Shown one piece after another: positions 1 to 38,612 of a stretch of DNA of 64,000 nucleotides (position 1 is its first letter; each line of letters starts with the position of its first letter). The stretch lies in the NCBI GenBank assembly GCA_012295275.1, contig CM022675.1, positions 10,044,001 through 10,108,000 of the forward strand. The letters run 5' to 3'. The position numbers were made by a program, and so were the translations under genes. Below the pieces are notes generated by a model. The model was given only the letters and a program-made list of their open reading frames with translations, did no database searches and was not told the origin of the DNA. The DNA is from Chrysomallon squamiferum (Eukaryota; Animalia; Mollusca).

Positions 1-1542
1 CCTAGTTTCCTGTGATCATTTCGGCAAATCTTTGATCAAAATTTCATACATCACATTTATTAACAGTACTCTCACTATATGTCACATAATACAAGATCAA
101 TAATCAAACATATTCAACACAGACATAAAAATGTTAAAACATTCTTATCATTGATTCATACCCATTCAGTCACTGCCGGTATGACATTAGCACGATTCCA
201 AAATTATAGACTGTCAGTGTGTTTTATCGGCTAGGATTTACAAGGTTTTCCCAGTTACAAAATATAACTCAACTATGACATTTATGGAAAAAAATTACCT
301 TCATATATTAAAAAGGCTTTCTGAAACATACTTCGTACCAGATACACATCTCATAAGATTGTACGATCATTGATTTTTTGTCAATTTATAACCAAAGAGC
401 CCGCGGTACACAAACGTTGGACTGGTCTCTTGGCGGCATATAAACACACAGAAAAACGACAGTAAAAGCGTAATACTAAATTGTTTAACAGTCGTAATTC
501 ACTGACAAAGACATTATTTTAGATATTTAGAATTCTCTGCTAATATTGTTTCATAAACAGAAAAAACAAAGGAATTACTTTTCAATAAACATACATTTTA
601 CGTAACCCCCAAAATGACTGAAACTACTGTTATATGTAAAAGTTTATGTTTATCTGTCAAGCTAAGGTTTATTTTCTACCTTTAAACAAAGCATCAACTG
701 TTGAAAATCGATATTAAGAACTTTAGAATTATTTATGTTTAACTTTGCCGAAGTTATAATTAAAGACTATTTATAATTAACTGAAAAGTAATTAAGCAAA
801 TTAATAAACAATATATATAAACAAAATTGTTTATTATATATAAAACATTTTAATGAACTGTTCGACCCCTTTCGTGACAAATCATTAATTTATACGGATT
901 ATAATGAAAGAATGAATGAATGAATGAATAAATAAATAAATATGTTTAATAATAAAAAAAATATTTGTGTAATACAATCACTTTATTAAATTGGCCGGGC
1001 GAAATTGTTCCAAGTATTATTAAATTCCCTATGTGATCCTTCAACACACAAGAAGGTGTATCGAATTCAATATATATGCACTTATTTTCTTAATTTTCAC
1101 ACCATTATTTAGTCAAAATATTCTCTTAATTATATATTTGTATTAAAGTGACTACTTTTTTGTAATTAAAGTGACTACTTTAACCTTAAGGACGCAAGGA
1201 GCGCTAAGCTATCCTTGTTATTTTGTGGATCATTTTGGAAAAGGAGGATATCAAAAGATAAAACGAAAATATGGAGATATTAAATGGCGGAGTTAAGTTG
1301 TTTTAGCGGCATTATTTGACTAAGTATAATATTTCAGTATTCATTAATTATGTATATCGTCGATTAAAAAATATAATAATAAAAATAAAAAATTAGCCCA
1401 TTTACGATGCAGACTAGAACGATATTAAAACGTTAGTCTGTAGCCTGAAATGAGACGAATTTTATTTGAAGTTTATGGCTATAACAAGTGTGAAGTTATT
1501 CTTTGATTTATCATATGTCTAAGTCTATGTCTGTGTATCACA

Positions 1543-1672
1543 AGTAAAAAAAAAAAAAAAAAAAAAAAAACAACAACAACAAAACAACAACCAACCAAAC
1601 AAACAAATAAGTAAATAATAAAAATTGAGTCAATAAATTATTTCTACATTACTAATTCAGATGAGAATTGGT

Positions 1673-1732
<60 letters not shown>

Positions 1733-1752
1733 TAAATAAATAAATTAGGGAT

Positions 1753-1794
<42 letters not shown>

Positions 1795-2386
1795 AAAATA
1801 ATAAAAAAAAAATAATGTTTAGGCTTGACAGATCTGGGCAAACTTTTTATTGCTGTAAATTTCTTTCTTTCTTTCTTTTAATATTTTTTTAAATACATGT
1901 AACCAGCCTAGTAAAAATGTGAAACCCAAAGACATAAGATTATTAAAATTAGTAATAAATTCTTTAGCAAAAACATCACAACAAATTAATAAATAAAATT
2001 TTATTATCTAAAACCAGCCAAAATACAAAAAATGAGAAATTATAATAAGAAATATTAATATCAAAATTACTGTACTGACATTTACCATTTTTAAATGTAT
2101 TTAAATTTTTGAAGTTTCATTTTATGATAATAGGACTTAATTATGAATTAATTAGGACTTAATTATACATTAAAAATAAAGTCTTCAGATTTGACAGCAG
2201 AAATTGCAACAACAACAACAATAGCAATAAAAAACATATCCCATAATGTTATTTGTGAAATTTCCTACTAGTATTTTTACCCATAATTTATTTTTGTTTT
2301 CTTCTTTCCAGTGGGAATTCAACTGTTCTTCAAAGTCTTGGTTTTTTTATTTGTTATAGATGGTAGTTATGGCAGAGGTATCTATC

Positions 2387-2419
<33 letters not shown>

Positions 2420-3259
2420 GTATTATAATTTTCTTTTCGTAATAATATATTATCTCTCTCTCTCTCTCAATATATATCTATATCTATATTTATTTCTAAA
2501 TATATACACACACACACACACACACATTCATTTTGCTATTGGTGGGTGTTTTGTCTAATTTTTTATTTAATTTTTTAAAACAACAAAGAAATAGTAATAA
2601 AATACAATTTTGTTTATACATACATCCACACACTGATAAATATGAGTGTATGGGTGTATGCATGTGTGTGTGTCTGTGTGTATATGTATATATAATATAT
2701 ATATATATATATTATTTTTGTCTTTTTACTAATAGATATCCATGTAAACTTCACTGGCTCTTCGAGCTATGGTTTACTAAACGGAACGTTTCTGTTCACA
2801 TGTTCTGTTGGAGAAGCCAAAAACCTTGTCGATCAGATCATTTTTCGCAGAGATTCGCCAGGTCTCGACAGTCCTTTTGCTGCGCTCCACCAAACAGTTG
2901 ACGGCTGCTTTAAGTACATTTCCCCTCCAGAAGGCTACGAGTTGCTATGTGGGAAAGGAACAGAATACGCAGAGTCCGAGGTTAAAGAGTATTCGATTTT
3001 GATAAGTCATCTGTCGTTTGACGATACCACTCGTTGGTTATGTATAGTCCAGAACAGAGTGGAACAGAGCAATACTGTCGAACTGCTGACATACCGTGAG
3101 TGAAACATCGGCCATCTTGTTTCATGAAAGTATTCACTGTTAAGTGCACAAACATGGAATGTCCATACATTTCTTTTTTTTTTCTTTTTTTTTTTTAAAT
3201 TTAAATTTTTGAGAAGATCCAAATAAAAATGGCTTTCAAGTTATCTGTAATATTAGGTG

Positions 3260-3291
<32 letters not shown>

Positions 3292-5039
3292 GTTGGTTAG
3301 TGGTTTTTCGTGGATACGTTGTGGATTATACTAAATAACAAAATTCAGCATATAATTTACTTACATTGTTATTATAGCATGCAAAAAACTAAATTCCATC
3401 TATATTTTAATTTTTAAAATTTATTTTACAGTCTAGCATGTAAATAACAACATTCAGCCTGTAACTTAATTTTTTTATTTTAGGGTCATTCTGTGTCCAA
3501 TCATCCGACCGTCTCAGATGTTTATGAAACTTGGTATACTTGTTGATTGGGATCCCACAGCACCAAATTCAAAATTTTAGGCCAACTGGACCAGTGGTGT
3601 GGGAGATATGGCCCCTCAGCCCCGAATGTTTAATTTTTTGGCCAAAATGGGCGTGGCCACCAACCTTTGAACCCTCATATCTCAGGAACTACTGGGCCAT
3701 TCTTCATAAAATTGGCATTGTTGAAGATGCAATTTGACAAGAATTCCAAATCTGCCATTATTGTTCGGATTGACGAATGTTGGGGTACATTGACCTTTTG
3801 ACCTTTATTATGACACTGAAATTGACCTTGTGGATCACGTGACCTTGAGATGACCTTTCTATGAAATTTAATCTCCCACTTGGGATCCCAATCAACAGAT
3901 ATGCGAAGTTTCATAAAAATCTAAGATGGTCGGGTTTAACCCATTGGATGATTTGACACAGAATTACCCTTTACAAAATAACAAAATTCATTTTACAATT
4001 TAACGTGTAAGTAATGAAATTCACCATCATCTAAATTATTTATTTTAGTCTAGCATGTAAATAACAGACTTCAACATGATCACATGTGTGTGACAATCCG
4101 ACAAGATTGTAATGCATTGTATAAATTATGTTATTTCACTAAACGAATATCTCTAGCATGTAAATAAGAAAATTCAACACGCAATTTAAATTATTTGACA
4201 GTTCCCGCTGATCTTTCACATGTCAGAGTAATTCCTTGTTCAACAACTGGTAAAACTATTAAGCTCACTTTAACTACGGGTTGTTCCTACCCAGCGATAG
4301 TAGCAAACTGGATCTACAATGAGACAGATTCAAATGTAAGGCCATTATAAATTAAATGTTTGATTTTCGTACCAGCTGTTAATTTATTTTTCAAAAAGCA
4401 GACTTTTATAAAATGAATGTAAAATGTCCAGCTATTATTATTATTATTATTTTTTTTTCAAAAAGTGATTTTCAAAAATGTTTATCCTGTATTTCCAGGT
4501 ATTTTTTTTTTATACATTTTGTTAAAGATACAAAACAAAGTTACAACATTTTTTTTTTTTGAATTATTAATTTAAAAACAAAAATACAAAACAGATATAA
4601 TATGCTACTACTACTACTAATAATAAATAATTAAATAAAAAAAATAAGTATTTAAATTATTAAAATTTATGCTGGTTTTACTTTAAAAAAACAAAACAAG
4701 TAATAATAACTTACTAAACAAGAGAAATGTTAAATATGTTGTGCTGTTTCAGAAATATGCTAAGAATACCTATGATTCGGATTCGTGTGATGGCAGAGGG
4801 AACAAAACAAAGTCAGTTCTGAATATTCCTACGAAGCCCAGAGGACAAACTGTCAGACTTCATCTTATGCATCCGTCTCTTAACAACATACTGTACAGGA
4901 CGTTTGTTTGTGGGAAACCTCCTGCAAGTAAGTGTTTTAGATAATAGTGAGTAAGTTTGAAAACAGGAACACTCAATATATATATACACACACATACACA
5001 CATAATTTAAAAAATGAATACTAACCCCCCAAAAAATCG

Positions 5040-5071
<32 letters not shown>

Positions 5072-5630
5072 AAAAAAAAATAAGTGCTTCGCTTCATTAC
5101 TGGTAATATAGGAACATTTACCACCTGGAAAAAAAAAAAAAAAAAAAAATAACAAATCAAATAAATAAATAAAAATTAAAATTAAAATTAAAATAAAATT
5201 AAAATAAAAAAGAAAAAGAAAATCTGTGTTTGTTGTGGGACAGGATTTCCTTTTTGATCAGCTTGAAATGAATACAATAAAAGTTTATTTTATTTTATTT
5301 TTATTATTGTTTTATGGTTTAGAATAGGAAATGCTATGAATGGTTGGGAATGAGAAACAAAGTGAATATTTAGAATGGGATGTTCTGTGGTTTTCTCTCT
5401 GTTTATTTGTATAGTAACAAATCTTGGATTGTATGTAACACTAAATAACAAAACATTTCACGTTTGTTCATAAATGAAATATTTCTTTTTTTCCCAAACA
5501 GGTTATGTGATTTCAAAAACACTTTAAAACATTTTACTTTTTTTCTTTTCTAGGTCCTGTATCCAGTGGAGAATGCATTAAATGCTCATTCATGCTTTTA
5601 ATTTATTATTATATAATTGTTTTTTATTAG
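1543..5630 (+). CDS. Uncharacterised cell-surface immunoglobulin-superfamily protein (signal peptide + V-like Ig + C-like Ig + GPI-type tail), ~270 aa
   Basis: Exons read by hand: 1543 (A of a split ATG, tentative), 2312-2377 ((M)GIQLFFKVLVFLFVIDGSYGR, signal peptide), 2736-3095 (360 nt, phase 1-1; ..FLFTCSV..KEYSILISHLSFDDTTRWLCIVQ.., V-like Ig), 4202-4335 (..IKLTLTTGCSYPAIVANWIYN..), 4753-4927 (..KSVLNI..VRLHLMHPSL..), 5554-5630 (SPVSSG..FMLLIYYYIIVFY*). All junctions are GT-AG and in frame (813 nt). Sequons NFT, NGT, NET, NKT. AATAAA at 5768. Internal exons are firm; first and last exon choices are less certain. Confidence 0.8.
3330..4200. repeat. Degenerate tandem repeat (core TCTAGCATGTAAATAAC..TTCA) interrupted by the MITE
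   Basis: Core copies near 3432, 4049 and 4152, with weaker copies near 3332, 3375 and 3975. They lie on both sides of the 3483-3969 insertion. Confidence 0.6.
3483..3969. mobile_element. Non-autonomous DNA transposon (MITE), Sola2-like, inside an intron of the Ig gene
   Basis: TIRs GGGTCATTCTGTGTCCAATCATCC (3483-3506) and the reverse complement of 3946-3969, GGGTAATTCTGTGTCAAATCATCC (22/24 match). About 50 bp of further subterminal inverted similarity. 4-bp TSD TTTA at 3479-3482 and 3970-3973. GRG termini with a 4-bp TSD fit Sola2 (family call is inference). Confidence 0.85.
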
Positions 5631-6956
5631 TTGTTTGAATATTCCATCTTTTTGAAATCATTTTGTTTCTTGTTTTAAAAATGTTGTTTGATGGTCAGTA
5701 TATTTCAAAATACTGACCTATTTTTCGTTCATTTTGTCAAGTGAATAACTTCTGTTTTGAAATGGTTAATAAAGATATCTTTTTATTTTTCTGTGTTCCT
5801 AATTCTTGTTTTTCATTTGTTATATTAACTTATAAAACTGTTTAATAAAAAAGTTATCACAGATTTTTTTTAAATTACTCTCTATTAAATACCTGGTTTT
5901 AAAACTGATTAACAGATAGTGACATTAGTCAGTCACTTTTTGTTTGAAAAAATTGTGTTTAAAAAAATAAAATAATAACAAGTTATAAATCTAGTATTCT
6001 TGTTACTAATATTATAAATTATATATTAAAGAGTTTGTTGAATTTTTTTTCCATACTTATTTCATTTTTAAATTATTCTGTATGTTATGGTCATCATCAT
6101 GTTTATTTGTAAAAAAAAAAAACTTCTGTTGTTATCTTGGTAATATAACTTTCGTCATCCTTTCTACATCAGTCATTGTCAAAACCATTTCAATGTAATA
6201 TGATTGAAAGAACAAGACAGTTTTAGAATGATTATACACTTTATTGACTTAACAAAGAGGTCTGAAAAGTCACAAACCATCTAAACATCATCAGCATAAC
6301 ACCAATAGAACAAATAAATTTGCCAATAATATACTCTAATCATGATAGCATTCACAAGTAACAAATAGACAAGTCAGTCATATTTTTGTTATCATTTATT
6401 CATACAGTAAAATGTCATATGTATTTCACAGTCGACAAATTCTAGGAACAAATACACAATAAATATTCAAAATAATAATAATAATAAAAAGAATGAATAA
6501 TTCAGAAATGAAATGATATATTTATTAAAAACACTTACTGAATTTTATTTCAAATTTGCCTGTAAAATGGATCTGATAACACTCAAATAAATATATTAAA
6601 TAATTTTTCTTTTTGTTATTGTTTTTAGACAGATAATTTAATATACTTAATTATTAAATACTAATACTGAATAATTGAAAATGACTACATCACTATATTT
6701 TAATTTTATAAAAAATATGTATTATTAATTTTATCCTAAGTAGATAAAATCTGACTAAATATATTAAAAAAAAAAAATATATATATTCTTTTTGTTTTTG
6801 TTTTTTATTAGGTAATTTAAATAAATTTTATAAACTTTATAGGTTATTAAAAATATTTGGTACAGCATTCAGTTGTATGGAATTTAGCTTTAAATATATT
6901 TCTTCAAACAGAAAGAAAACTACTTGAAACATTCTAACCATTTAATAGTCACATTC

Positions 6957-6992
<36 letters not shown>

Positions 6993-9692
6993 TTATATTG
7001 TTAGCATAAAGAGTAATATAAATAAAAATGAAAATTTTTTTTCAAAATGATATAATCACCTTCCCCCTTTTTTGAGCTCTTGTAAAATGAACAAAATGGT
7101 TTGAAAGTCAGAAACAACAAGCAAACATTACAAAATGTCCATATTTTTAAAGATTTTAATTTATTGTTAACATTATTAAAAACTAAAGTCATGAACTACC
7201 ATTATTATTTTTAAACATAAATTTTAATTAACATGATTCCAAATTGGGATAACAACAAAACCTATAGCTGGACGGAAATAATTTACAATAGCAACAAACA
7301 ACAAACTCTTTAAACTAAGCAGCATGTGTATCTATAAGGAACATAAGAAAATGCTAAAATAAATAAATAAATAATAATTTTAAAAACAAAATTATGAAAA
7401 AGAATTAATAATCATAAATAGAAAATTAAGATAAATAAATCCAAAATGTAAATACAAATTAGATAAAAATAAAAATACAACAAATGTTTTTAATAATAAT
7501 TTAGAAATTAATACAAAAGCTTTCTGATAATTATATGCAACTTGCAGATATTTTTATTATTGCAGACATATATATATATATATATATATATATCCAAAAT
7601 GGAGATATCCAAATATGGATGTATATATATATATATTGACCAAAAACAACAAATGTGGTTGTGTAAATTGAAACAACAAAATGTGTTTTGCACCTTGGGG
7701 AAACTTGGGAAAAGTATGTGTGACCATCATAGAGAAATGAAAACAGGTTTAGTATTAACAGAATATACTAAAAGCTAATGGAAGAGGGATTTAAAATGTT
7801 TCTCAAATGCAGAATATAGTTTTTATAAGCTTGTGTTACTGCTGGATGATGGATACAGCATTTTTACAGTAGTGCAACATCACAGCTAAAGAAATTTTAA
7901 AAAAATGTTTCCTATATGGATGTACAAGTTCAGCATACTTTAAAGTTAATTCAAGTCATACGTAAAATGCCACTGGGGATGAAATTGAAATTAATTTTTG
8001 ACAGAAGTGGAACTGAGCTTGTAAAATCAAAATTAGGTATTAGATAGATAATTTATTTTTTTTAATCAGGTTAAAATGTCATAAAAATGAAGTTATAAGA
8101 TATTTCATTGATTATAAACACTGATAAAGTTACCTATGTATTACAGGTTATGAAAATAATTTTTTTTTTTTTTTTAAATTTCTCTTGATTCATAAATCAC
8201 TATTTTAATTTAAAAAATAAAAACTAGAAAATTAAAAGAAATCACTATTGATCTGAATTCCTATTTCATTATATTTTAAACATAAAACATGATTATTATT
8301 TATTATTTTAAATAATCAAACTATAATTAAATATTTTATTCACATTTCCATGATTAAATAAATGAATTTTTAAAGTTAATATACATTAGAAGATTATTAA
8401 ATGCCCTTCAGCTTCAAATGAATATGTACATTAAACCATAACAATCAAATCATTTAATGATCAAAACCAAATTATCTGTAGTGATAACTTAATGATATAT
8501 ACATGAAAAATGTACGTACATTTCACATGTTTTTAAAAGATTTTTACTTTTAATGATATAAAAAATAAGATTGCACAGAATGATTTTGACAAATGATGAT
8601 TTAATATCAGCACTACTAACTATTAGCTAATACACAAATACACTAAAAAAACATATTTAAAAAATCAGTTACATTTTCTATTTGTTTTAGTTTTTTAGAA
8701 AAAAAAATCAGTTTAAAAAATCTGATGTTTATTGCAAAAAATGGAAAATGATTGGATGTGGTTTTAAACACAAGACATTTCCCCACAAATGAAAAAAGTA
8801 GGACAAAAAATCCATAAAATAAAAACATTTAAAAATAAAAAAAAATAAAAAGATAAATAAATAAAATCAGTTATCTAATTTAATTTCAATAACTTTTTAT
8901 TTTAACTTAATTATAGACCAAAAAAAATAAAAATATATATATATATATATTTGTAAATAAATAAAGAGAAGAACTAGGAACTCACAAACAATAAAAAAAA
9001 AAAAACATAAAAACTTCAACTCCACAGAGTGTGTGGCTTTTGGAATCAAGTACTTCATAACACAAAACTTCATTTTTATCAGCACATTTTAAATGTCAAC
9101 TGAAGGATGATAACTATTATGACGACATATTAAAGTGCTGTTATGATGGCACAAACAAACAAACTACCTAAACAGATTTTTTATACATTTCTATGTGACT
9201 GTCAGATTTATTAAACCTTTTATGCATAACTGAAAACAGCTGTGGAAAACCAGTAGCTATACTGCTGCCATACAAATGGCATTCACATACTGGAATGATC
9301 TGAAATTTGGGGGTCTACAGGATTATGTCTAGAGGGTATATTTTTTTTAATGGTAATAAAGTTTTGAGTGGATATATCTATTTACTGCAAGGAAAGGTTT
9401 AAACTCTTCATTACTCAGTTTACTGTGATGGATAACATAATTTAACAGCAAATAATTTACCATTGGGTGAAGCAGATGATGTCCAAGCATAATACTGGAC
9501 TGATAAAAATTTGATGTATCAGAGATTCTGTTATAACTCAAAGTATTCTGGCTGCTAAAACAATCAGTACTGGGATAGAATCAGTATAGGAACTACAAAA
9601 TCATGATATCAATATCACTCGTTAAACTCAAAAGATTACTTCTGTCAACCTTTATTAACAATAAAGTAAAACAATAAAATAAATCCTTGAAA

Positions 9693-9724
<32 letters not shown>

Positions 9725-9910
9725 AGATAGTAAGACAGACAGCATTTTCCATTTTTTCTTTTTCTTCTAATTTTATATATTATAATTGCAGTAATAACAC
9801 AGAAACACATAAAACAAGTTTAGTCACTTTAGTCAGTTTGGCCTATACCATCATATATTCACTTTAACTTCTTCCAGTGGACACTCTACTGGTCAGTTTC
9901 TGGTCAGTCA

Positions 9911-17849
<7,939 letters not shown>

Positions 17850-18439
17850 ATTTTTTGCTGTGTTTCTATTTTCCTCCTTCTAAACAATACCAACTCACAG
17901 GAATCATTTAAGAAGAAAAAACAAATAAAATAAAATAAAATAAAATTTGAAAAATCACAATAAACAACTAAAGTAGTTAGCTTCTATAACAAAAAATAAG
18001 GGAATTAAATTCAAAGGTATAGAAGCATAATCTTTAATTTTAAAAGATAAAAAGATGTTTTTAAATTTTAATTTAGTAGAATTTTTCACTGTTACCCCGT
18101 CACTGTTCACCACAAGTAACAATGATAAAAACCCTGTCTATACTAGTTTAAAGACAGAAAAATATACATGCTATTTTTATTCTTATTATATTATTTTTTA
18201 ATTTTGAGCAATGTAAAACTAAATAACGATTTTGGATTAATAAAAAAAAAAAAAAAATTCAAATATTCTGAATATCTTTATAAATAATTCCCAAAAAAAA
18301 TAAATAAATAAGCACGTTTATTCACAAACTGAACAACATCCAGTTTGCTGCATTATTTAGAAAACATTCAGCAGAAGTTATACTTTGCTTTTAATTTTTC
18401 AAGGCCAGGGAATTCCCTGACGTGACGTCATACGACAAT
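17850..18439. promoter_or_regulatory. Bidirectional promoter region for ANKMY2 and TMEM245, with a kB-like palindrome and CRE
   Basis: 590 bp between divergent ATGs. CAGGGAATTCCCTG at 18406-18419 overlaps TGACGTGACGTCA at 18418-18430. Both start codons lie in AATATGGCG (YY1-like). Confidence 0.65.
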
Positions 18440-36080
<17,641 letters not shown>

Positions 36081-37232
36081 AGACATCACGTTGTCATGGC
36101 GACAGAATCTACCTACTCAAAAAAGTATCATACTCAAAATACATCGAGACTTTTTATGATGAACTGAAGGTTTTCCTGATGGTGTTTTGACATCTTGTTT
36201 TTTGTTTAAAGTATGCTTGTTGATATATCTGCTAGTGCTAATGGTAATGTTGTGTTTAAAAATGGTTGTAGAATGCTTACGAGAAAAGGGATTTAAGTTT
36301 GGTAATGGTGGATGTTGATTTCATAGATGAAGAAGAAAAAAATAAAAGAACATAAAATAAAAAAAAAGAGACTGAAGTATAATAATACCAATTATAATAA
36401 AGAGTGAAAAATAAATAAATAATAAAAGCACTTGCACCAAATAACAGAATATATTCTGTTTAACAGTTAGAGGTTTATATTTTGTTTAGTAAGTGTAAAA
36501 CTTTAATAATGAACTATAAGCTTTGTGGAAATGATCAGTTTTGAAATTTTGGATTAATTCCAAACTTCAGTGGTTATTAAATAAGTATAATATATTTGAT
36601 CAGTTAATGATTTTGAAAATATGGAACAAACATACGCGCACACACACAGAGACGTACCCACTCACATACACGCATACACACGTACACACAAACACACAGA
36701 CGTACACACACACACACATACACGCATACACACAAACACACACATACTTGATATGGTTAATTTTTCATGCATATCTTGTCCATGTTAAAAACCAGAAAAC
36801 CATTTATATACACGATGCCTTAAAATTACGTCCAATGTTACGACCTCAGTTTAAATTGTGATCCTAAGCAAAAAATATCTCTAAGTCTTGTATATGTTAC
36901 TGTTTCTTGCCTTGTAGTAAATGTTTGTGTATAGTTTACAGTGCGGACAAAAGTTAAATACCATTATTCCTTGTATTTATTTGTGCTACTATTTTAAAGA
37001 TTGTTATTGCAGAATAAGTGCAATAATGCTGTCCTTGTGATTTTTAAAAATCTGGATCTTAATTTTTACTCTTTGTTGCTGTTTTTTTTTTTTTTTTTTT
37101 TTTTTTTAAGAAAAAAAATATTTTTAAAATGTTACATTTTTATCTATGTTCAAATATGTTATGTATTTCAGATGACGTCTAGTGAAATTTATTCACCGTT
37201 TTAGCAAAACTAAATTTTAATTGTTTAATATA

Positions 37233-37678
37233 CCCAGGGACACACACTATTGTATGTACAGATCATCAGTAACACCAAACACAAGTGGTTTCCTCACTGA
37301 GTAGGCTCATAAGGATACAACACACCCTTCTAATTCTCCAGTAAAAACATGTATCATTACTATATCCAGGAGGCCTATCATTTGCTTGCATCTTTTCCTA
37401 TTCAGAAGAACAGATAAAATTAATGGGGTAGGCACAAAATGTCTTACTTATTACTTGGTTGGAGAACTGTAAAGGACAGTTAAACTAAGCAAGGATGCTC
37501 TCAGAGTTTTAGATAGTATAATGGAGTACCAATAGGACTAATAAAATTAGAGAAGTGAGTAGTTAAATATCAACTTTCATCTATATGGAGTATGATAAAA
37601 AATAAAAAATAATAAATAATAATAAAACATTAGTCAGACAACACAATGAAGGTCATTATGGTAGATGTTGGTCCCTGG
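37233..37678. mobile_element. MITE with a 9-bp TSD (Mutator/MULE-like)
   Basis: Imperfect TIRs CCAGGGACACACACTATTG.. and rc CCAGGGACCAACATCTACC... Identical flanks TTTAATATA at 37224-37232 and 37679-37687. Confidence 0.65.
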
Positions 37679-38284
37679 TTTAATATAATTTACATGAAGG
37701 TTGCGATATTAAGTTCTGACATTTTGTTGGAATTAGAGTTTTTAATAATCATGTTATAAAGTTAAATTAAAAATAAATGCTGAAGGGTACTTTGATAGAT
37801 TCATAGACCCTATTTTTCTACCAGTGAATTGTCTTTCTTTTTAACTTGTAATTTATAAAAAAAAAAAAAAAAAAAAAGAATGTTTTGTTTCAGTGTTGTA
37901 ATATATATTGATGTATATGAATAGCAGCTGCAACATTTATGTATGATATTCATAGCTATTGTGATTGTTTTTGTTATTTTAATTTTAACTTTTTTTTAAA
38001 TTATGAATATAATACTCCACTGCATGAAAATTATAGTGCTGTTTTTGTTACGAATTATATATTGATTTATATATATTGTTCATGTCTGTGTATTGTATTA
38101 ACAAATTTTATTTATTGTTTTACTGTGTGCCATTCTTTGCAAATAAATTATATTTAAACTTTATTTAAATTATAACTATAAATATTGTGTATTTTAAAAT
38201 CACTATATTTAGTTTTTATTGGCTTAGTAGTGTATTACAAAGCCATGATCAAGGAAGTATTTAAGTATTACATTGTATCTGTAT

Positions 38285-38612
38285 TGACTATGACATCATA
38301 AGCAAATTATATATGATACTGGAACTATATAAAATACTACATATTACATATATTAGATATTATGTAATAGTAATATATGACATTACTATACTAATCATGA
38401 TGTCATAGCTCTGCTAAGTATGACATCATTGCTTTGGTTATGACATCATAGTTAAATTGATTATGATATAACTGCACTGGATATGATTTGGATATGGTGA
38501 TGACATCATAGCTCTATTAGGTATGACATAGCTATAATGTTACAACATTGTAGCTACATATGTTGTGACTAGAATGGTTATGACATACTATATTGATTAT
38601 GACATCACACCT
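38285..38612. repeat. Degenerate minisatellite with core TATGACATCATAG (unit ~20-22 bp)
   Basis: More than 10 variant copies of TATGACATCA, TGATGTCA or TATGATAT in 330 bp. Confidence 0.7.

Noticed and set aside
2533-3222. ORF-track entries 2533-2901, 2808-3002, 2982-3170 and 3007-3222
   Set aside because: They are wrong-frame or antisense shadows of the real Ig exon 2736-3095, which lies in the third + frame and has no ATG.
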